From Cycas panzhihuaensis (lineage: Eukaryota > Plantae > Cycadophyta): a DNA stretch of 64,000 nt. Positions 1 through 11,597 of the stretch are shown in pieces; the first letter of the stretch is position 1, and each line of letters opens with the position of its first letter. The position numbers were made by a program, and so were the translations under genes. The notes beneath the pieces were generated by a model that saw only the letters and a list, made by a program, of their open reading frames with translations, was not told the origin of the DNA and searched no databases. The stretch lies in contig CM041465.1 of the NCBI GenBank assembly GCA_023213395.1, positions 218,495,741 through 218,559,740 on the forward strand, read 5' to 3'.

Positions 1-809
1 GGTCTTGCTTGTAGCCCATTATGACCCCTATCTAATTAAATCTTGTCTAATTAATTGAAAACAAAAGTTAAGAGGATTACTGAATTGATAAGTAATAGCA
101 CCATCTTGGCACCCAAGGTAGCTTATGCAATGATCTCATCCCCACTTATTAGTATGTAGTATAGGTCTAGATTAGGTGTATCATTTAGTGACTTTAGGAT
201 TAACATAGGTATGCTTATCATTGTGCATGTCTAAATTAAATCCCATTATGACTTTTGCATATTAAGTTTAGCAACGTATTTGTGAATACCATCCTCAAAA
301 TTGAGATAAGTATTCCACCAACTATCTTCTCCCCAATTATTTCCTAAACTTCCAACACTCATATGATAACCCTTTATTATGGTCCTTTTCAGGTGCATTG
401 CAATGTTTCATATCATTTTCCATTTCCATGGGAAGGGAAAGTGGAGTAAACCCTAGGCCTTTTTGTCATAACTAAGATTAAAGAGGTCCTTTAAGCCATA
501 TTATAGCAAGTGTAAGATCATTCTTTCCTACTACAACCATATTCTCATTGACACACTTTTCTATATGATCAAATCCATCACTCCCTAACTCCTTGGTATG
601 TAAAAATTAACCCTTTAGTAAATAAGGTCTTTAGATATCTAATTCCATAATGAAGAGCTTCCATCACTAATGGGGAAAATGCTTACTAATTTTTGACCCA
701 TCTCAATGTGGTTAAGTATCTTCTTCAATCTTCTAAAACTGTAGAATATTATTGATCTTTGTATAATGTAATTTTCTCTAATGTGTTAACTTACTACTAG
801 TCATGTAGT

Positions 810-1420
810 TTGAAAACACACATTGATCAAAAGAGACACCAATTTCCAATGATACTCTACTTAGTCCTCTTTCCAAACCTGTCACGTATTCCTCTCATGC
901 AGCATTCTTATAAGGTTGGGCCCAATATTAATTGGATAATTCTATTTTATTTCTATCATGTTGTCATTTTTCTATTAATTTATTTTTTTCTAGCTTGTTT
1001 TTCTAAAAAATGTATTCTTTGCTTCAAATTATAATTTTTCTTCTATATGGAAACCATAATCTTTGAGTTTTTACCTATGTTGTAGCATTACTCTATGGCT
1101 TTCTTCATAAATTATATGTAGCATTACACCATGGATTTCTTCATGAACTATATGTTGTGCTATAAAAAACTATAATAATTAATGTAGTACATGTACTTGT
1201 TATAGTGTTATACTATGAACTTCACTAACTGAATATAATTTATGAAGGAGACAATGATTTTGTATAACACTCATTATAGATTTCATTGTATGACTCAAAA
1301 AGCAAAATTCCCATCAATTTAATTGGGGGATTGTGAGTTTTCAAAGTGTTTTTAGGTCTAAAATAGTGGGTTAAAATATTGAGTGCCTATAATTTTATAA
1401 AACAATGGGCTAAAATTACT
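810..1420. repeat. ~600 bp diverged direct repeat, copy 1 (copy 2 at ~2189-2760)
   Basis: Colinear shared blocks, e.g. TTGAAAACA(C/T)ACATTGAT, ATGATACT(C/T)TACTTAGTCCTCTTT, GAAACCAT(A/G)ATCTTTGAGTTTTTAC, AAAAACTAT(A/G)ATAATTAAT, GCTAAAATT. Confidence 0.85.
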
Positions 1421-2188
1421 TTTCTATGAGTGGTCCCTTATGGTTAATGAATTTTTTATTTATATAGTGAATGTGATCCATTATAACTTTGTAGTAGCAC
1501 TACTACTAAGATCTTAGGTTTTATATTTAGCCTATTAAGTTTTGATATTTATCTAAAACTCATGCCTTCAAATTAGATTTATTCTTCTATTCTCAAGCCT
1601 TAAAAGCTTTGAAGTTAGCTTTATGGTACTTTTCCTTCAACATTAGGCATTTATCTATATTTAAAAATGTGTTTATATGCCTTGTATCATACACAAAACT
1701 AATATTTTATAAGTTGACCATGCAAAGTCTATATTACATATATCAATGGGATTTTGTAAGCTGATTAAGTTCAAGAATAAAAGTTAATTATTAAACCTAA
1801 TCGTAAGCTGAACATTGTTGGAATTAAACATGAGTATGGATTTAAGCTATAAGTGTCCCACTTATGGAAATTTATTAGAAATAATTATCATAATAGCCAT
1901 AAGTAACTATGAAGAAAAGCAAAAGAAAATGGTAGACCAATTAATAGCAATAGCAATGGAATAATTTAGGAGGGAATTGATTATTAGGATACTCCATATA
2001 TTCATCATCTACTTGATGTTTTATCATCTAATCAATATAAAATAGATATGGGTATGTGTTTACTAGATTCTATTCCATGCGGATATGTTTAGCTATGTTC
2101 TTCTATCTTTTGGAACCATGGAATATTATTTATCATTATGTGATGTGATTTTCTATGATACATACTTCCTTACTATTGATGATATAAT

Positions 2189-2760
2189 TTGAAAACATAC
2201 ATTGATAAAAAATGTTAATTTCTAATGATACTTTACTTAGTCCTCTTTTTAAACATGTTAGGTATGCCCCTTATGTAACATTCTTGTAGGTTGGGATCAC
2301 CTCCCACTGGTCAATTCTACTTTGTTTCTATCATGTAATCCTTTTTTTAGTTAGTTTCTTCTTTTCTATCTAGTTTTTCTAAAAGCTTCATTATTTTCTT
2401 CAAATTATAGTTTTTCTCTTAAATAGAAACCATGATCTTTGAGTTTTTACTTTTGTTGTGGTGTCATTCTATAACGTTTCTCATGAACCATGCTCTCCAC
2501 TACCAAAAACTATGATAATTAATAATATAAATATACTTACTATGATTTTTCATACTTACTATGATTTTGAATTGTGGATCTCACTAATTAAATGTAGTTT
2601 GTGAAGAAGACTATCATAACTTTTACTATGTGATTTAAAAAAATAAATTTCCACTAGATTTTTTAGGATTTTGAATCTTTCAAGGTGGTTTTGGCATCCA
2701 AAACAATATGCCCAAACCATGGGTAGCCATACTTTAATAAAATAATGAGCTAAAATTTGT
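2189..2760. repeat. ~600 bp diverged direct repeat, copy 2
   Basis: Same colinear blocks as 810-1420. Confidence 0.85.
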
Positions 2761-2847
2761 TTATAAATAGATTTAATTAGTTTGGCACAAGGTTGACAAT
2801 TTTTAGAGCCTAGAGAGTATATTAGAGCAGATTTGGAGCTAGTTTCC

Positions 2848-3166
2848 TATTAGGGTTAATATTCATCACCTAACATTATATTAGGAATGTGCATGCCACT
2901 GTAGCCATTATGGTATGTTATGGTAAGTATTATTTTAATGTCTTGTTTATTTTTTATATTATTTTAAATTCTAGGTTGAGAAGGGCTCATGCCCTCCTCT
3001 TGAATATTTAATCCTTGGGGTCAAAACCCCTAGTGTTCTTCAACACCACCATAACTTGGAAATATTGATGTACTCTTTCAAGATGGATTGAATAAGATTT
3101 GAATATTATTATGCAATATGGATTGTTGTGTTCACTACTCTACTCTTGTTTCTATAACATTCTTCA
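2848..3166 (+). repeat. 5' LTR of gag-only element
   Basis: TATTAGGGTTAATATTC...ACATTCTTCA (5' TG mutated to TA); matches 6094-6412. Confidence 0.93.
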
Positions 3167-3168
3167 TT

Positions 3169-3180
3169 TGGTATCAGAGC
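3169..3180 (+). promoter_or_regulatory. Primer binding site (tRNA-iMet)
   Basis: TGGTATCAGAGC, 2 nt after the LTR end. Confidence 0.95.
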
Positions 3181-5428
3181 TTGATCTATGGCTGATAAAT
3201 AGTGATTTTCTCTCTATTTCTCCTTTCATATTCTCTATTTCATAGCTCCCAAGTTTTGCATATGTACTCAGTCTATTATATCACATTGGAGAAAATCTGG
3301 TCTTTTTTTAGGCACTCCATTTGCTACCATATATAAAGAGATCTATGTCTATTTTAGTGTCTTTACCTCTACATGTCCCACGTGCCTATGTAGTAACACT
3401 TGTGTGTTAGTGCTATCTCTATTCGATTATATCTTTGAATGCCTATTTCTTGTATTGTTTTGACCTTAAGCCATTTGTGGTGCTTCTATTATTTGAATAC
3501 CAGTATTGATGTAAATAAAATAGAAGATTTGACCTCAATCTATATATAATGCTTCTCATATTTGGTTGCAACTGCCAATGAATCTGAATGGCAGGGCCCA
3601 ATCAAGATCCTTACTCTAAAACGAATGAATGATACAGGCAACATGCAACCTGTTGTTCTCTCCACTCTATCTCTGCATGGCATTTGTCTTGTTTTAGCTC
3701 TATGTGGCATGCCTAAAGCTATTTTAGAGATTGCATGGCTTACCTCAATCTAATCTACTCATCTACTTACTATATGATAGTGAAACAAAGGCATGTATCT
3801 TAGCTCGGTTAATCATCTTTGCAGTTCTGGTTGCTACTAACTTTCAATAGGTTTTTTTTTTTTTTTTGAAGTAAATAAATATATTTTAAAGTATTTTAGT
3901 ATTTTATTGAGCTAGACCCCCTTTTTTATTATGGATTTAATTAATTTAATCAAATTTGATCAATTTTAGATCTCAGATTGTAAATTAATTATGTTTTTTC
4001 ACTCTACTGCATCGCCTGTTAATGGGTGTTTCATTTTTATTAGATTATTTATTTTTTTCTAAAGTTATTATAAAATTAAATTTGATAAATTTTGATTTTT
4101 GTGGGCATGGTTTTGGGTTAGTCCCCTCTACTTAGTTTGTGATCATATAAGACCCCCACATGAACGTGATTTATTTTCTTAAAAGGCGAATTTTAAAAAT
4201 TATTAATTATTTTTTATAAATTTGGTTTTTAAAAGTATTAACTATATTTTATAAAGTTTGAAGCCCATAGCCCTCTTTAAATCTCTAGTGGGTGGTCACA
4301 TTGGTCCCCTTCTCAACTAAGGAGCTTAACCTTACCCCCTTTTTAATTTTTATTATAAACAAGTCCTTGTACTATTTTTATTATATCTTGTGATCTAGGA
4401 GTCTATTTTTCGAACGATTCAATCTATCATAAAGATATTTTAATTCTTTACATATTGATATAGTTTTTAATAAGATCTAGCAATGTTTTGTAGGGTTTTG
4501 AAGCTGGTAAAGTTAGGGCTCATGTTTGATCCTAGTTTGGCATGTTTTTAAATATTTCAAGCATTTTTTTCTCTTTAACTCAACATACTTATTTATTACT
4601 AAGCTACTAATTAGTTGTTCATAGTTATTATCTATTTTAGAGGCTCATAATTGAGTTGTTATAGCTATTTAGCTCTACTTTGGCCTCCTGAAGAGAAAGA
4701 GCCCCTTTGGCAATAAAAGTATCAAATTAATACACTCAAACACCTTATAACTCTATTCTAAAGCTGCCACTTTATTTTTTTGCTTATAAACTTGATTCTA
4801 AAGCTCTTTTAAGACACATTTTCTACTTATTCAAGGTCTTTTTTGCCTCTTTAAAGCATTCATTCAAAGGAGCATATTTCAAGATTATTTTATAAGTATA
4901 CCTTGTATTTTCCCTTGATTAAAAGGAGCTCATATGGTATCATTTATTCTTAATATTTTTATTTTTGAATAGTGAAATAAATAGTAGATCTATTTTTTAG
5001 TTCTCTTTTAGCTCCCCATTGCTTAATGAAGGTTCTTTTAAAGGTGCTTTAGTTTATTTCATGATATCAAGGTGCATTTAGAATCATTAAAAGCTTGTTT
5101 ACTTCATGTGTATATCTTCATTTAGAAGGAGCATTTGTTGATTTCAATTTAAAAGATATATCTTTCTTTTATTGTTAAGTTATTTAAAAAGGAACCCTAC
5201 CTTGCTAAGCAAAACCACATTCATTCTTTTTCAATTTAAAAAGCTATATATTCTCGTTATTTCTAAGTTATCTTTCATTTGAAGGAATCTATGTTGAAAT
5301 AATGTTGAAAGTTCTTGTGAAAATAGATTTATTGTATGTTTTAAGTTATTTGTTCATTTGAGGTTTAAAAAGTTTCTTATTTGTTCATTAAGACCATATT
5401 TTCATATTATGCATTAAAGTTTTTCACA

Positions 5429-5944
5429 ATGGCAATGAACATTAGTTATATAAGCTTTCTTATATTTGATGGAACTGATTTTCAAATTTGGAGTAAAGTA
5501 ATGAAGTTATATTTTATTGCAAAAAATATTTAGAGGTTTGCAAAAGATGGTTAGAAACCAAATATTAAAGAAAATATGCAAAAGGATAATGAGGATTTAT
5601 CCTTAATATTTTATACAATATATGATACTATATTTACTAATGTTAGCAAAATTATAGCATCCAAAACTATATGGGATACCTTAGAATTAGTTTATAGGGG
5701 AGATACTTTAGAATTAAATAAAACTAACTATATTAATGATGTTTTTCATGTGACACAAATGTTAGAGCAAGTGAACATTATTAAAATGACTAATGTTGTA
5801 TGTATTATTAAAGACTTCAATAAAAGTAATGATCACATTGTTGCATTTGATAAAGTTATATGTGCCTTGGACCTAATTAATAGAAAAGATAAAGATCTTA
5901 ATGCATCCACTCCTACCCATTCGAATCAAGCCACACCTACTTAG
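5429..5944 (+). pseudogene. gag: Copia gag N-terminus (DUF4219/UBN2-like), interrupted by stops
   Basis: MAMNISYISFLIFDGTDFQIWSKVMKLYFIAKNI*RFAKDG*...KDNEDLSLIFYTI...SKTIWDTLELVYRG fits the Copia gag pattern (FDG.NF..W...M; K..WD.L...Y.G). Confidence 0.85.
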
Positions 5945-6093
5945 AAACCACTTGGGATACACATTATTAAAAGTACAATAATGCAAGTTGATGACCACTT
6001 CAAGGATGATGATAAAGCTAAAGGGTATATATTTAAAGTTTTTCTAAAGCACAAGTATCACAAGATGTATGTGATGAACATTAAAGGGGAGAA

Positions 6094-6412
6094 TGTTAGG
6101 GTTAATATTCACCACATAACATTGCATTAGGAATGTGCACACCACCATAGTCATTATGGTAAGTTATGGTAAGTATTATTTTAATGTCTTATATATTTTT
6201 TATATTATTTTAAATTCTAGGTTGAGGATGGCTCTCACTCTCCTCCCGAATATTTAATCCTTAGGGTCAAAACCCACAGTATTGTTTAACACCACCACAA
6301 CTTGGAAATATTGATGTACTCTTTTAAGATAGATTGAATATTATTTGAATATTATTATGTAATATGGATTGATGTGTTCACTACTCTGCTCTCATCTCTT
6401 TAACATTCTTCA
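6094..6412 (+). repeat. 3' LTR of gag-only element
   Basis: TGTTAGGGTTAATATTC...ACATTCTTCA, preceded by PPT and followed by TSD. Confidence 0.93.
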
Positions 6413-6857
6413 TTTCCAACTTGATTTACATGCTACAGCCTAGTGGGATTGTGTATGAGATATTAGGGAATAAATTTGCACCTATTTAGGACTTGTAAAG
6501 CTTATTTTCCTAGTCTTTTCATACTATTTTTAATAGATTGCTATATTAAGCTCTTTCATGCTAGAAGAACTCAATTTCTTTTTAGTTTTCTTATTATCTA
6601 CGTTATCCCCATCATTTTGAGTAAGTTTTAGAGGAAATTAGATAAGTTTCACTACATGTTATTTAGGCAATAACAATGGATAGGTCTATTATGGGTTTAA
6701 TACTTTTTTATAGTTATTTTCACTAGCTTTTAATTATTAATTTCATATAATTAACCAATCTTTATTTGATAGTATTTATAAATATTTTTGTTTATATTTT
6801 CCATGAGAATCATTCTACTATATGTGTTTGTTAAGAACCTAATTGGGTTTCGCAACA

Positions 6858-8693
6858 TATCCAAAAGGACTTTTGCTAGGTATTATTTTTCCTTGATCTA
6901 AGAACTCTTGTGTTAGCTTCTTAATGATAGCCTTGTGATGATGAGGATGTTGATATAGCTGAATATTAATTAGGGTTATACTAGGTTGAAGTTCAATGGC
7001 ATGCTCTAATCTTTTATCAAGTGGCAATTATTTGAAAACTATTTTATATTCCTATATTGGTATACTCATCTTAGGATAGAAATCTTATTTTTCAATTAGT
7101 GATATTAAGAAATAACTATTCGCATAAATTGAAGTTTCCTTTTCTAAAATTTTCTCCATGCTTTATGATGAGACTTCTTGATTTGAGGGTGTAGGAGACC
7201 CTTATAATATGTGATTCTTCTTATTTTTCTAAAACTTCATAAACAAATAATTATAGTTCATGATGATTGAACTCAAGGTCTATAACCACTAAACCCCTAG
7301 AACTATATCAACACCACCTATTGGCATGGCAAATGTAGTAGATTATAACATATAATCATGCATTATGAAATGGACCTTTTTATAAAATCCCCCATATGGG
7401 ATTGTATTCCCACCAATTATAGCTACTTGGAATTACTTCAATAGAGTTATTTAGAGACCTACGTTCTTGATGGTCCTTTAGTTGATAAAGTTATAAGTAT
7501 TTTCTTTATCAATTCAGATAATTACCTACATGTTCTTTATTGTTCCTATTAGACATAATATTTATAATGATATTAGAACTCTTGTTATTGCTTGTAATGA
7601 GATTTCTACCTTAGGGTGATCACCTACATCTTCTAACACTAATTTTTCTACAGCTTGTTCATCCTCTATAATAGATTTATCTAATGATTCCTTAGTCATT
7701 TGTTGTTCATTGTCTAACATAAATATATATATTTTTAGTATCCATATTAGATCATTAGTGATCCTTTAACTATTTTTCATTGCATTTTAAACATGTTCCC
7801 CTTTTAAGGTGTTTAGACTTTGAAAAAGTTGATAGACTTTCTTATTTCTAGAATGAGCCCATTTCCTAAGTTTTTGGTAGTGGTCTAAAATTAGTATCAA
7901 TAACATTAATTTGCATTAAATTTAGCCTCAGTACTTCTAAATTTTAATATTACTTGTTAGATATTTACAACCCATAAGGATTGTAACCTATAATAGATAT
8001 TTGGTTTATATCCTCTGAGATATGTTTCTAATAGTGGATTCTCATTTATTATGGTGGATAACATGGTCTATAAAAAATTTAAAATTCTTTCATATATTAT
8101 CATATAGTTCCTATTTACTAGAGTTGATGGAGTCTAGAGTAGAAATATTTATCCCGTGTATCATCATATTGTTTGTATATTACAAGATTAAAAAATTTCT
8201 AATTAAAGTTTGTGGTATTCTCATAGTCCTTATGCCACTAAGTAAAGCATTATAGTACCTAATTTCTCAAATGTAGGGATACAAATAAGATTTTTTCTCT
8301 ATCAGAATATGGATGAATGTTGAAATAGGTTTGTATCTTTGCTAACCATACTTACATTTCTTAATTTTTATTTAGATCAAAAAATTTTAATAAAACCTTT
8401 ATATTTTTAGATATTAAAACTTCTACATCTATTGGTTTTCTAGGTGAGGGTTCCCTCTTAATTTCTTGATCTTCTCTTAATGTGCATTCCTCCTATTTTT
8501 TATGTGAGACCTTGTCCACTTCCTCTACTATATTGAATATGTCCTGGGAAATTTATCTACTAAATTTTATAGTGCTTTCACCAAATCTTATAATATAATT
8601 GTAATGTATATTGATTATTAGAGTTCCTTAACTTGTTTAGTAAGCTCTTCAATTCTCTAAGCCATATTTCCTGGAGGTAATATAGTGTTTTAT
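6858..8693 (-). pseudogene. Ty3/Gypsy gag-protease-start of RT remnant (Gypsy A, downstream part)
   Basis: RT N-terminus PLDKRLEHAIELQP...IIPSKSPF (6858-7027); decayed protease IDKENTYNFI (~7480-7520); gag-like VAKIQTYFNIHPYSDREKILFVSLHL (~8260-8350); homology stops near 6857. Confidence 0.82.
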
Positions 8694-8987
8694 TATTAGA
8701 ATAATGTCTATATTAGGGTGATTACCAACCTTGGGGAGATTACTCATATTGGGTTAATATCCAATATCATGGGAAATATTATGGTGACACTTTGTTAGGC
8801 ATTTATCAATGCCAAGTGACAACGGACCTTAAGAGGTATGACAAATCCTCTCGATCCTACATATTTATTTAGGGGGTTCAAAGACCCTAGCATTTATCAA
8901 CACCACTATTCTCACAGATTGATGGTTGTGCCTTCTTTCTTACATTTTATTTATCTTATATATTCCTTTTATCCTTTGATTCCATCA
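8694..8987 (+). repeat. 5' LTR of Copia B
   Basis: Matches 15768-16060 (GGGTGATTACC..CCTTGGGG, GACCTTAAGAGGT, TATTTATTTAGGGGGT, ATGGTTGTGCCTTCTT, CCATCA). Confidence 0.92.
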
Positions 8988-10064
8988 TTTGGGATCAAAA
9001 CCTTGGTGCCTCCTTTCAATCTCTCACTTCTAGTATTATGTATTAGAGTTTGTCTTTGTGCAATTGAGCACCCTCATAAAATCATAGATTAAGTAAGCCT
9101 ATTAGTTAATGTTTGATCTAAGTCTATCTCAAATCTATAAATAAGTTTGATCTTTGATTAGTTCCTTCATGTTATTGTATTGGTTGTATTTGCCTTATTA
9201 TTTATTATGCATTAATCATCTTATATCATCTACATATGTTGTTGATTGGTCAATAATTACATGCCATATATTTAATGTGATTTATTCTTGAATTTTTCAT
9301 CCCATACATGCATCTCACGTTCACATTGGACTCACACACCTAAAGAAATCAGTTTAGGCCTATGAGAAAATCTAGCATTTGATTATTTACATTTGTTATA
9401 GTAGAAGACCTATGTAGGTGCATTTTTTTGTAATCAAACCCATCCATTTTTCCTAGTTGTATCAACTTGTAAGGCAAAGTTAACCATATTGCCTATAGCT
9501 CTTGTGTGTTTTATGTTTGTGTTGGGCACTTATATTCCACACTCTATGAAGGTTGTCTAAGAGGTCATCATTTGATACTCACCATTTTGCCTCATCTTGT
9601 TGGCTTTTCTTGTTCTTATCATGTGCAACTAATAGATTAGGATTTGATCTTGTACTCATGTCATTACACCTAGTTCACCTAGATAGAGGTTATATATCCA
9701 TGAGTTTAAGTCTTCCCAATCATTCTACACATCTTCACATCTTATGTAGTGGTCTTTAACCTACTATATTATTGCATTTATTAGCTCATCTATTATAAAT
9801 AGGAGGTACCTATCACTCATGGCCTTTGCATTTAAGAATTACTATAATACTTATATTTATGAGTGATCATTAAGGTGGCATCATTAATCATGGCTTGCAT
9901 AGAGTGTTTAAGTAATTAGAATGCATGTATGCATAATGTCATATGAATGCATAACATCACATTGCTAGGCTTCAACGTGGTTTAATATTAGTAATGGCAT
10001 AAAGAAGGAAATATTTATGATCATTACTTTCAAATTCATCTAAGATTTAGCTTCTTCAAGCATT

Positions 10065-10400
10065 TCCTACAAAATTTATGTTAATTTGAACTATCTTATG
10101 GTATTTTTTTGGTTTGGTTGAAGTAAAATTTTGTGGAAAGTTTCTTTTTTAGTCGAAAAGGTAAAACGTTAATATAACCTTATAAAATTCTATAAATTTA
10201 AATAGTTTTATGGTATTTTTGGTTCCTTGGAATGGGAAATGTTGATGAAAAGGTTTCTGTTAGTGGAAAATAGAAAACTTTAACTTAGCTTTAAACGTTT
10301 GTAAATATTTTTATACAATTTATGCAAATTTGAATGGTTTTAATGCCTTTTAATTCATTAAAACAAAAATTTTATCAAAATGGTTGATTTCAAAGCAGAC
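10065..10400. repeat. Degenerate tandem repeat (~115-130 bp unit, at least 3 copies) in Copia B leader
   Basis: Recurring A(A/C)AATT(T/C)TAT...AATTT(G/A)AA...TTATGGTATTTTT.GGTT...AAA..TT.TG.AAAG.TTTCT near 10065, 10181 and 10311. Confidence 0.65.
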
Positions 10401-11597
10401 GGTTAAAGATTAAAGAAGATTTACAAAGTTGAGAAGGTTTATCAAGATATATGGTGATTTGAGCACATGTAAACTTATGTTTTTTTTAATGTAACTTTGA
10501 TTAGTGAAATAGCAATATTCATTTCTTGAGAATTAAAATGTTATGAAAAAGGTTTTTCTACCATGAGGTGAAGCCTTGATGCTACATTTAGAATCCATAA
10601 AAACTATATAGATTTGTTGCAATTCATGTACTTATAATGATAGAATTATAAATTTTACTTCATAGGAAGCAATATGATGTGGTTGAGTCAAACACTCTCA
10701 ATGGGCTAACTGTGTTTATAAGTCAAGGGTGATATTTTCTTTCTTAGGCAATTATCTTCTATGAAAAGCCAGACATATTTACTTTGATATTATTTGAAAT
10801 ATTAATACTAAAAGTATGAAAAGTTTTAAATTTTTTTTTATATTTTAAGCCCTAGTATCTTAAAATCCTCCTTGTCATATGACCTATAGGTCATATTTAA
10901 CAAGCAAGTGACCAAAGATCTTTTTTCTTCAAAGGGGATAATCTATTTTCTAAGGAGGCTATTTTTTTTTTCAAGCACATGTATCTACTTCAGCAAGGAT
11001 ATTTGTCACTAATGAGACCCATTTTTAGATTTGCCAACTCTAAAGCATTCTAAATTTCCACCTGAATGAAATGAGTGGTCACACGATTATGCTAGGTCTA
11101 TATTTGATAACTCTTTTAATGACAAAATTGATAAATGTTTTCTTTATGCTTCATGTGCTAAAGGTATCTTTACCCCTTTTGACCTCCTTATACTTTTTAA
11201 TACATGACTTGGTAAAAAAATTCCAAATTAAATGTCATTTAAAGCATTGGATTTGTAGTTTGATTCTTTATTTAGTGAATGACTTTATAAGTATTTTTGA
11301 AGTTATTTGATGTAATATTTTTATAGTCAAAGTTAATGTTAGTCTGTGGGCTTCCTGTGAGTTGACCATTAATCAAATCTAGCAAAACATCAGTTTGCAA
11401 TTACCATTAGTATAAAAATTTTACTTTGAAGAAGGTTAAGTCCTAATTGGGACACTTTTGTATGTCTTGAAGTTGATTGAGACAAGTTTTGCTTATGTTT
11501 TTTGAGTGTCTTTATTGCCTTGTTTAAGTATATTTTAGTATTTCATTCAAGCATTTTACTTTTTCAAAGTAGTTTATTTCAAGGTAATTTCTATATT

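Larger units (their letters stand above)
2848..6412 (+). mobile_element. Non-autonomous Copia-derived LTR retrotransposon carrying only a gag fragment (TR-GAG-like)
   Basis: LTR pair 2848-3166 / 6094-6412; TSD TTTCC at 2843-2847 and 6413-6417; perfect PBS at 3169-3180; PPT AAAGGGGAGAA at 6083-6093; no PR/IN/RT/RH motifs inside. Confidence 0.93.

Noticed and set aside
1-800. Possible Gypsy integrase fragments (YYGPFQV at ~375; NKWDEII on the minus strand at ~140)
   Set aside because: The motifs are isolated, on opposite strands and too short to support a call.
3852-3867. Poly-T run as a SINE/LINE tail (also 42850-42867)
   Set aside because: No TSD or Pol III boxes seen; the 42850 run has a homologous A run in the Gypsy E leader (31076-31085).
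810-11310. Short hydrophobic ORFs in the track (810-1034, 3562-3753, 8022-8255, 8838-9092, 9553-9759, 11071-11310) as host or membrane peptides
   Set aside because: They lie in LTRs, leaders or antisense to gag. F/L/I richness is expected from AT-rich DNA, and the frames are not conserved in the partner repeat copies.
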